From: Penicillus capitatus
Lineage: Eukaryota > Plantae > Chlorophyta
Direction of reading: 5' to 3'
Assembly: GCA_965649825.1 (NCBI GenBank)
Contig: OZ287717.1
Location: forward strand, 158,556-222,555
DNA: 64,000 nt
This document shows, piece by piece, positions 50,010 through 59,620 of the stretch. Under the pieces are notes generated by a model. It saw nothing but the letters and a program-made list of their open reading frames with translations. It had not been told where the DNA came from and searched no databases. A program made the translations under genes and the position numbers. Each line of letters opens with the position of its first letter. The stretch's first letter is position 1.

Positions 50010-52081
50010 CTGTCCATAGACAACAACTTTAACGTCACGCAATCGCAGGGAAAGCTGAGTTACTTGAAGTCAAGTGTCGACGCCGTAGATAAAGACTGTT
50101 TCTCCGCGGCCCATTAATACACCATGCTGACGCATAGCTTCTCTCTGGTGACACGCGCGACAGCACACGTCGCATCATCGCATCATAGTCTCGGATGTGA
50201 CCCGGTTCGACGAATAACGAAGGCAAAAGGTTGAGAGCGAGAACGCAAGAAACCGAACCATCGCGTCGACACTCTCCTTGTCTGAAAAGCCCTTTTGCCC
50301 TTTTCCGTTAGAATGCTTAACTCTTCCCTTCGAGACTGTCTTGGGAACGCCAGCGCGTAAATTCGAGAGACGACGATTAACTGAAATCATCGCCGACGCT
50401 GCTCAGTGCGGATTTGGACGACGCGGTTGCAGTACTCGAAGCTCTGCTCAGCAAGGGCGAAGAGACGCGATTGCCTTTTCCACAGATACGCATAAGGATC
50501 CAAAACGTCTTTGCAATTCCGCTCTCAGACGCCGAGAAATGGTCGACGGTCAGATTGGAAGACCATTCTCCGCAAAGAAAGCCTTTTTCTAGCGACTTCC
50601 AACCACTAGGGTAGTTCAGGACACTGCGTCCATAACTTTACGTGTCACGCGAAGTCGCGCAGTCAATTGATTGTAGACAAAACGACACGCCGAAAGCAAC
50701 GACGCCAGACGGCCTTTTGTGTTCAGTCTTGATGGGACAGGACAAGACATGACAGATCGGGTCTTTTCAACCGAACAAGCGGATGTGGCGGTAGACGACG
50801 GGACACGCGACAGAGACGCAAGAAACTGTCGTCCAGAAGAAAAGAAGACGAAGACGGCGGCGCATTGAGAGAATGTTCCTTTGCGACCGAAAACATCTGT
50901 CCAAATTCTCCCTCCGCTTCTGCATTTCGAATTGGATCTTCTTTCCAGAGAGACGCTGAGCAGACGCCTACTGTCTCGCCGTATTGGCAGAGAATACTGG
51001 CAAGCAGAATCGGCTGCAACCGCAGTCACCATTCTTGTCAGTCGTTTTAAACGTTTTTGTCCCTTGCGCAGAGCGACCTGAGAATCGCGGCCTTGTGCGT
51101 TTTCTTTCAGTGCGCTTCCAGCGCTCGGAACGGATCTTCCGACAGATGCCGCTCTATGACGCTCGTGGCAACAACCATCACCTCTGTTTCTCGGAAGACT
51201 TGGCCGAGAAATTGGCATGGACAGAAGCGTTCTTTTATTGACGCACTCGGCGCCTTAACTTTTTCCTTCCCTCCCCGTGCACTCAGCAACCTCACCTCTT
51301 TGTCTTGCAGACAGTCAAGCTTCTTCGCAGCCGACTCGTATAGACTTTTTACTCTTCAAAAGACGTGACTATCGCCATCGTCGAGTGTGTGCAGTGTCGG
51401 TGGATTGATGGAAATGACAACGTAAGACGACTGGAGATATCATTTCTTCTTGCTTCCGAGGTGATGGTGATGGCGTCGGTTTCTTGCAGAGCGGGACATT
51501 GGACTGAATTTATGAGCTCTTCACGCGTCGATTACATTCTCTCCGAAAAACTTCGAATCAGAGGTCGTCGAGCGATGTGACGCAGTCATCTAGATACATG
51601 ACAGAAGAACATCTTCTGTAGAAGAGACAGCGACAGAGGCTTGACACGCGACCAGCACGATACCTCATCAACTGTCGCTCTTTTCTCGATAATATCTATC
51701 ATCTGTTGTTGCCCCCGCGCACAGAGACAGTTGGAAACCGATGGAGATCAGACGGCCTTACAAGGACAGCCAGAGACAATGCTGGTTTGGTTGTATGTTA
51801 GGGATGGGTTGGTCTTGAGATTGAGTGATCCCAGGGCCGCGTGCGTGAGCGTTTCTGACAAACGCATTCAAAGAACCCTATCTGTCTACGCATTTATCGG
51901 AAATAGGCAATCCATCATGTATTGTCTTCTTATGTGTTTTAAGCAGGCTTCTGCCCTTTATACTTTTAGACACCAAAGATTGATCTCATCTTAGCAAAGA
52001 CATTTCGATGACTCAGAGCAAAAGTGTAACCTGATTTCTGGCAAGACAGAATGGTAAAGCAAAGTGTAACATATCATGTAC

Positions 52082-52680
52082 TCAGTCCCAATGCTTAGCA
52101 CCTCCTGATCCGAACCCCCGAACGCACGACTTGCAGTAGACGACGCAATCGCTTGAGCTCCAATCGTCGGAACTACTGATCATGAGCGAGTGACGCGGCA
52201 CAAGTCGACAGGATTCAGCGCAACAAACGGTCAGGATGGGGTGACTGGAGTCTAGGAAGACGGTGACAAGACGCACGTCAAAATCAAAGTCACTCTTCTG
52301 TCTGCCATCTCTGATCACTGAAGGTTGAGCCTTATCAGCCAATCTTGTAAGTGTGGCTGGATCAAGCACGGCAGACACTGTCCATTGCCCACGAGTGCTT
52401 GTCACCGCGATGCTGCCCAACTCTCTTGTCTCATCGCTGGAAATACAAACAGCCTGGACTGCCTGAATGCGTTCGATAGGAATGGGGACACCATTGGTGG
52501 TGTTTAGAAGAATCTGAAGGAAGCAGTGAGTGTTCTCCATCTCTTGATCCAAGAACACGACCTCCATCTCGCAAGCTTCGTAAGCTTTCTTTCCTTTGAT
52601 GGAAGCGAGCACTCCATGTAAGGACGCGAATCAACTTGAGAGAGACGTACAGCAGAGATGTCTATCTGGACTGTCGTCTT
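52082..52680 (-). pseudogene. Diverged, probably decayed copy of the shared C-terminal domain
   Basis: CFLQILL...IPIERIQAV...TVSAVLDPA...FDVRLV...VYCK aligns with the domain. The upstream TVQIDISAVRL segment is in a different frame, and no kinase was found upstream. Confidence 0.55.
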
Positions 52681-54021
52681 TAGGAGGGTAAGATTCAGCC
52701 AAAAGTTACCTTTAGCGCATTGTTATGAGGCCCTGCAGTGGCACTGGAAGTTAGAAGAGACTCTTAGATGACGAGGAGAATACTGTCGCCTGAGGATATG
52801 TGAGAAACGAATGCTTCTCATGCCGATTCTCGAAATCGGCTTGGCCGAAACGACATGACGCAGATCGTTTTCCGACACCCACGCGGTTCGAGTTTCGTCT
52901 TCAGAGGCAAAACGTCGTATCACGTGAAAAACCAGCTGTCCTACAGCAGAACGACCGATCGAGCGCCACGCGTCGAAAAGACGGAAAGTACGTCAAAGTG
53001 TCGTACACTTTAGCACATTACATCTTCTATGTCTGTCTCAGCACTCACTCACCCTTCAAGAAAAGCCAGTCGCAGGCACAGCGACCCATTACTTGGCGCC
53101 TTCACAACGCCACCTTGTCACCGAAGCTCAGAACGCGGCAGCAGTCTTACAGTGACCATAACTCACTCTTGGTCACACAGCTGCGGCGATCAGGAACGAG
53201 GCGAAGGAATAACGCAGCTCCACGGCGTCCGAACCCGACGAGCTGGCTTCCCTTTACGCGATCCATCTCACTCTACTGTCGCACGCCACGCTTGGACATC
53301 CCCGTTCCTCACAAGCAGCTGCAGCGCACGTTCACGTTCGCCTTCCACCGAAGCAGCTGCCGCTCGCGTTCTCGTGGCGGATGATCATCCCGTTCATTCC
53401 CCACCACAGCATATCTCTGCCTCTCCTGCCTTTTCCTTCGTCAGATTAGCGCTTCCGTGTGCCCGTCTGTGTCAGAACAAACGGTTATACGACGCGACGG
53501 TCGTTGTGCTGCATAGTACCCGTCTTGTTTCGGTCTGTCCTTGTGCTCTCCGTCCAGTGCGCTCTGGAGTCTCCTTCCAGGCAGCCATTGTGACCGGAAC
53601 GTTCTTTGGGTTCGCCAACCGCTTTGCCTGTCGACCGTTCGACGACACGTGTCCGTCCGCCGCGTCGAATTTCGCCCCTTCTAGGCGTCGTTCTTCGCTA
53701 TGCCCTCTCCGCACCGCTTCCTTCACACCGCCAGTGAAATGTCCGCCGCTTCGACGTTTAGCGGTATGGCCCCTTCGACGGTTCATCAACGAGGTGAATT
53801 CGAAACGTGTCACTCTTTATTGCGTTCTCACTCTTTTTTAGTTGCAGTGGCAGAGACAGAGGGAGAATCGAAACGTAGCCAAACAACACATTACAGTCAA
53901 CGGTGCGTTCATTGGTTAGAGTTACACAGAGGGACAGGTGGAATGATACAGGTCTCTTAGGAGGGGAGCCGATGCGAACGACTGGAAGGTTCTTAAGCTC
54001 AACGATTTTGCTCGAATCACT

Positions 54022-56200
54022 TTGCCCAATGGGGATCCGCTGCTGAGCAGCGGCGAAGATTTTACGCTTCCCTTAGGCGAAGAAGTGCAGATCCAGTCAC
54101 CGTCGCATCGCCAATCGCAAAGTCAACAGTCACCTGGATCGATTCACAACACAGCATCAGCATCGAGCTCCACCACAAAGGCCAAGTCTTATTTAGTTGT
54201 CCGCTCGACACGTCAGCCCACACAGCTCGACGGAACACATGTCCTACAGCTGTGTGGCACCGCAGGCTCTGTACTTAGTGAAGATGGCGAGGGGCCTCGG
54301 GAACTGAGGGAAGGTGACAGCGTCGAGAACGATGGAGTGGAACAGGTTCGGCATCCAGAACTGCCTCTTCCGTGCGCTCGATGTTCTGCAGGGATGTCCG
54401 CGGGCGTTGCACCTATCGACCATGTTGCCTTTCCTCGGACGCCACAGAAGAGGCCTCGTCGCCGGAGACAACACGCTTCAGAACGTCTTCAAGCTGAAAG
54501 CAAACGATATCTTTGCCAGAAAGTGCGTCCCCGTCTGTCCATGCCGTCGATCCGACGCCGGATGCCTTCTGCCTTCAGATACCTGATTCAAGGCGACGCG
54601 CCGCCGAAACCGCTCCAGCGTTACGCCGTCAATCGGCAGTCTGGTCTCAAAGTTCTTCTCAAATTCTATCCGTGGCCTTACACCGCGTTCGGCCACTCTA
54701 TTTACATGCATCAGCGCACCAATGACAACCGTTATGTATGCAAGTACTCAAGAATCTCACTCTTCTCTCGCACACACTGTTGACGCGCATCTGTGTGCCC
54801 AGAATGATCGAGGTCCTTCTATCGCCAAGCGACTTTCCACCGTGCATCGTCGTGGAGAGAGGCGACTGCACTCTCTCGGACATCCTACAAGAGGGCCGTC
54901 TCTTCGCAACGGACAGAAGAGCGATTCTGTACAACGTGCGGCCTCGGACGAGACGGCGGCGCTCGATCCAAACGATCTGCTTTGCTGGCTTCAGGTGCTG
55001 AAGGCATTGGAGAGTCTGCATGCGTCCGGGACTGTCCACGGCGACGTTCGCCCAGACAAGATCGCCTGGTTCGCCACGGAGTTCACATGCAAGTTCGCCG
55101 ACGTCGACACCTTTCGCATCGTTGGACAGGAAATGACCCTCACAGAAAACGAACTGACCCATTCATCGCCAGAGATCATTCAATCCTCGGAAAGACAGGC
55201 ATGCATCCAGCCAGAACCGTCGGTCGATATGTGGTCGCTGGGCGTCCTGGCACACGAACTGCTGACAGGTGAGAGCCATCCACCCGTGTCCATCCGCACG
55301 GCGCCGTCTTTGCAGGAGGGTGTGTCTACGGGCACCATCCGACGCCGAAGTACGTAAAGGACGTCCTCTGCTGGCGGGCCAGGTTTCCACAGTTGAGTGT
55401 CGATGACAGACAGACGCGGAGATTTCTGCGGCGATTGCTCCGTATGAATCCCGCCAAGAGAATGACCATTGAAGCAGCGCTGGCGCACGAGATCTTTCAC
55501 TTTGCCGAAGCGCCGCCTCCACAGAGACCCGACCAGCATCAAGTCCTCCGCCTGCCGGTCTACTCTTATCAAAACGTGTCCCTGTCTGTAGACGGAGCAG
55601 AGACCACACGCCGAGGACGGCGAGACTCCGATCCAGACAGCCGCCGTCCCGCTGATCCAGGCGGAGATCCACGTCGAGTCTTTCTGCGAGCGCTGTCCGA
55701 AGACAGATGCGTATCATCTGAGACCCGCAAGAGAGGCTCCCTCGTTCCAGGACGACGCCATCGAGGGAGGACGCGTGACCGTCCTGCCTCTCGGCGAACC
55801 CTGCCTCCTGCGCATCGTCGTGACACGGGGACAGAAGTCCTCCGTCGATGTCGGAGAGATCAGCTCCATCTGCGTCGAGGCTCCGGACGAAGACGCCGTC
55901 GAGCTCGAGAAGAGCATCCTCGTCAGAGACCCGACCAGATGCGAGGCGGTCGCGCTCGTGGATCTCTCTGCCCTCCACTCGCCGTCGCTCAACCAGATCT
56001 CGCCGACCGATGGCACCGTCGACGAGCGATACGCAAAGCTGGACGTGCACCTTCGACTGGAACGCGAAGGTGGCGGCGAGATGAAGCTGACCCGTCGTAT
56101 CGCTCTCAGAATGGTCCATCCAGACGACCGCTTGTTCGACTACGGATTCCTGAACACGTGCCGCCGCTTGTGGGAGATCGCCCAGAGCTGGTGGTCCTAG
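54022..56200 (+). CDS. Kinase-fold protein K4 (predicted pseudokinase) plus shared C-terminal domain; 5' end uncertain
   Basis: DIFARK|YLIQG, VLLKFY, TVHGDVRPDKI, FADVD, HSSPE, DMWSLGVLAHELLTG; ORF 55775-56200 carries the shared domain. Confidence 0.8.
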
Positions 56201-57774
56201 GCCGCTCAATTTTTTGCACCTCGCGTTTCGACCGCCATGGATGCTCCGTGAACGGGCACTCCATCCCATCCCACTCAACTATTTAATATTTAGCGCTTTA
56301 TGCAGTGCTGCATTTCTCGTTTTTGTTATCATATGTACACATCATGTTGTGCGTGCACCATCGACGCCTGTCCCTGGAAAACGCCGCCGAGAGATACTCG
56401 TCGGCTATGTATTTTTTCTCTACGATGACGACGGCGGCGTCACCATGAACGTGTCGTGTCGTAAAGCAACCGTTGTTGTGTACGGGACGTTCTGATTGCA
56501 TGAAAATCTCCGTTGTTATTCTCCGTCCGCCGACCGCCGTACGTCGACGCGCATATGGTTGGCACGTCACATCGCTCGGCGAGGGAGGAGGCTCAGAACT
56601 ATCACCGTCCATTCGTCCGTCATCTGGCAGAATCGAAGCCAGTCGATGATGTGGCACGCATACGGCTGGGCAAAGGAACGGATGCGTTTAATTCTTGTGA
56701 CACCGCTCCCGGCGAACCGTAGTAGAGCATGGGGTACAAAGCGCGGACCCGTGGGTCCGTCGCGAAGAAAACTGCATTCCCAGCTGACCCACACGCCTCG
56801 CAAAACTCAGCGACGCCAGACGCTCCGCTCGACGGTCGCCCGTTCCTCGCACGACCCACCGCAGCGAACGACGTATCTCACTCTTTCAATGGTCTTCGAC
56901 GCTCGTTGTCGAGGTGCGTACCGCAAAGAGCGGAGCTCCGCGTCCGCTCGGACACCATGCTTGACCGCCGTCCGTTTGCAGGGATGATTGTCCGTGAGGC
57001 CACAGCCCCTCAGCCATCTCGGTAGGCCCTTTTCGCGGCGCCCCTTCCCACGTCGTTCGTTCTCTAGTCCGAACCCCGCGACGCATTCCCTCATGCGAAT
57101 GCAGATGGATGCGCGGAATGGAAACGCCGTTGATGAGCGCCGCCGCTGCGAGGTCGTACTGCCGCCGGTTGAAGAAAGCGCTCACCGACGCGCCGGACTT
57201 CGTGCGCACCGAACGAACGGCGCGACGCCGCGCTGGCCACCGACGCCTCCCTGCAGCACCGACCGCTTCCCCGCGCAATTCCACGGTACGAATCTCGCAC
57301 ACAGTTCCGCCTCGGACGGACATGCGATTTCGTAGACATGCGTGCGCCCTCCGCCGAAAAACGCACCGCCGCGCTACTGAACAGCATCCTTCCTGTCACG
57401 CTCGACCCCACGGTTGCCTGTTCCCTCCGTTTTCGGCGGAGACGCTGACGAATGGTCTCTGCAGGAGACGAAACTGCCGAACGCGGAGCATGGCGTCCTG
57501 CATGGTGGTCGTACCTAAATAACGTCACATCACGAAGTCGGTGGACAAAGATAGATGACGACGTATCGGACAAGACCTCTGCCGGCGACGGCGTAGACGA
57601 ACAGACAGGTCAGCAGACAACGACGCTGTATCGAAACGCAGACGGACACCCCCTCGCCCCCTTCTGTATCCAGAAGCTTTTTTCTGGCTCCCGCCGACCT
57701 GTCGCATCACGACGTTCGATCGATCCGTGCCGACGACGACGATACATACGAACAAACGAACGCATTTGGTTAAA

Positions 57775-57800
57775 CTCAGACTCAGACTCAGACTCAGACT
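57775..57800. repeat. (CTCAGA)4 microsatellite
   Basis: Direct reading of the sequence. Confidence 0.9.
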
Positions 57801-58225
57801 GGGCTGTTTGGTACCTTCACTGCACGCTGATATCGGCAAATCGGTCAAAAATCCCACACAGCAAAGAATGCGTCAAGAAGATCAAGCCAATGCTGTCTGT
57901 TAACTGTGCACGAATACATATGAATGCACAAGAGTGCGCGCGTGCGATGCCACGTCACGACATCCATATTGACAGCAAAGTGTTGAATAGCTTGATCCAA
58001 CGGAAAGCGACAAGTGAAAAGACAGGTTGGAAAAAACGGCCGCCGTAAGATGGACAAATGCGGAGAGACGGCGGGAGCGTTATTCGGTAGCGGGCTGCTC
58101 CCGCCGTCGCCGCCGCAGGCAAAAGAATACCAATGTTCGCACCTCGTCAATTTTTTTGCCGTGGACGAACGGTCGGTCAAAAGTTTGGAAACTCACTCAA
58201 TGATCTGTGCACCGTCCAGCAATTT

Positions 58226-59292
58226 CTAACGGTGCCAGACGTCAATGCATTTAGTGCAAAAACGGTGGTATCTCGTTCGACTGCTGCGTGGTAGAACTTT
58301 GCAGTAGATCACGTGTTGTCGTGCCTTTCCACGATCGGCATCGGCGCTGGAGGCCGCCTCCATCGCGATGTCCAGCTTCACATATTTTGCGGCGAAGCTC
58401 CCGTCGTTCGGTGATGCAACGAGGAGACGGGGGGACTGAAGTCGCACAGGTTCCACCAAAGCCATGACTTCCATTGTCCTCCCTTTGCCGCGCATCCTCT
58501 CGGTGTCCAGCGGGACGTACTCTCCCTCATCGACTCTGGCGTAGACGGTCGAAACGCGCGGCGATGGAAGAGTGACCGGAGCATCGTATTCGTACCGGAT
58601 GCGGATGCGGAAGCTGTGTCCAGCTCTGATGAGAAAGATCGGCGAACGACGCTGGGACGAGACGGCATCGTAAAGAATGCGTGCCTCCTTGGCCTCGCGA
58701 AGGTGGAAGGCGTCAGATGGATTGCTCTCTGGTCGGAATCGCTCCAGACAGATGGATGCACTCGCCTCTTCGCGCGGAGATTCGCTGTCCGGTATCTGAA
58801 GCGCCGTGTCCAGCACGCCGGGGCTAAGCAGATGACGGATCTAGAGACAGAGATCGATCGTTACAGAAGAGACGGCACGAGGTGACGGACCTCGTTCTGC
58901 AGAACGCTCTTGATGCACAGTCGATCGGCCGAGCGAAAGAAGGCGCTCTGCAGCGCCTGCGATGCGGTGCATCGCTTGATCGGATGGATCTGCAGCAGAT
59001 TGCTCAGTAGAGTGTAGGCGTGTTCGCCCGGGACGTTGGCCAGACGGAGGGCGATGCTTCTGGACAGTGTCACACAGCTGTCAACGTCAGGGTCGGTGTC
59101 TGGACGGTAGAGGCTCTCTCCCGAGAGGAGCACGTCGAGGATCATTGTCCCGAAGGACCACATGTCCGAAGCTGTGTCGTCCGGCGCCGATCTCTGTTCG
59201 TGCAAGAGTTCGGACAGCACGCGCTCCGGGGCGGCGTATTTCGAGCCGATGCCTGATGGCGCCTTTGCTGGATGGCTGGCCTGGATGGCCGG
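58226..59292 (-). pseudogene. Kinase-fold gene K5 (C-lobe plus shared domain) interrupted by an LTR retrotransposon
   Basis: KYAAPE, DMWSFGTMILDVLL, LLQIHPIKR, then domain ORF 58226-58816. The frame runs up to the LTR edge at 59293, with the N-lobe and catalytic loop missing from the window. Confidence 0.8.
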
Positions 59293-59597
59293 TGTCGCGT
59301 AGGTTTTTAGATGGAAACAATTTTAAAGGTGGGCGCACGTAGACCTGTGAAACGTAAAGTCTTACAAACGAAAGACGAGATCTGTACATCGACAACGCTT
59401 TTATAGGGTACTTTATTTAAGGAACAAAGAAGGAATATTCTGAGAAGATTCCGGAATCTACTTGGAATCTGTGACGTAGAGCCGCGGGTCTATTTGTGGA
59501 TGGGAAGTTATAGAGAACCTACGACCTGTCACTTGGAGATCGACACAAGTGTAAGTAGATGAGCGCATTATCGTGAGCGCTACGCCTTAACACGACA
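59293..59597 (-). repeat. 3' LTR (305 bp)
   Basis: Termini TGTCGCG...CACGACA form a short inverted repeat (TG...CA). Minus-strand TATAA near 59510 and AATAAA near 59415. The second LTR is outside the window, so the boundary is inferred. Confidence 0.75.
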
Positions 59598-59620
59598 TGG
59601 GCCCACCTATCTTCTGTCTA
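59598..59620 (-). other. Polypurine tract overlapping the pol stop codon
   Basis: Minus strand AGACAGAAGATAGGTGGG-CCCA directly precedes the LTR TG. Confidence 0.6.

Noticed and set aside
50400-51600. Short ORFs with faint likeness to the shared domain
   Set aside because: No continuous alignment and none of the diagnostic DP or YCK motifs.
56300-58200. Several 100-200 aa ORFs on both strands
   Set aside because: Low-complexity Arg/Ser-rich translations with no motifs or consistent exon chain.
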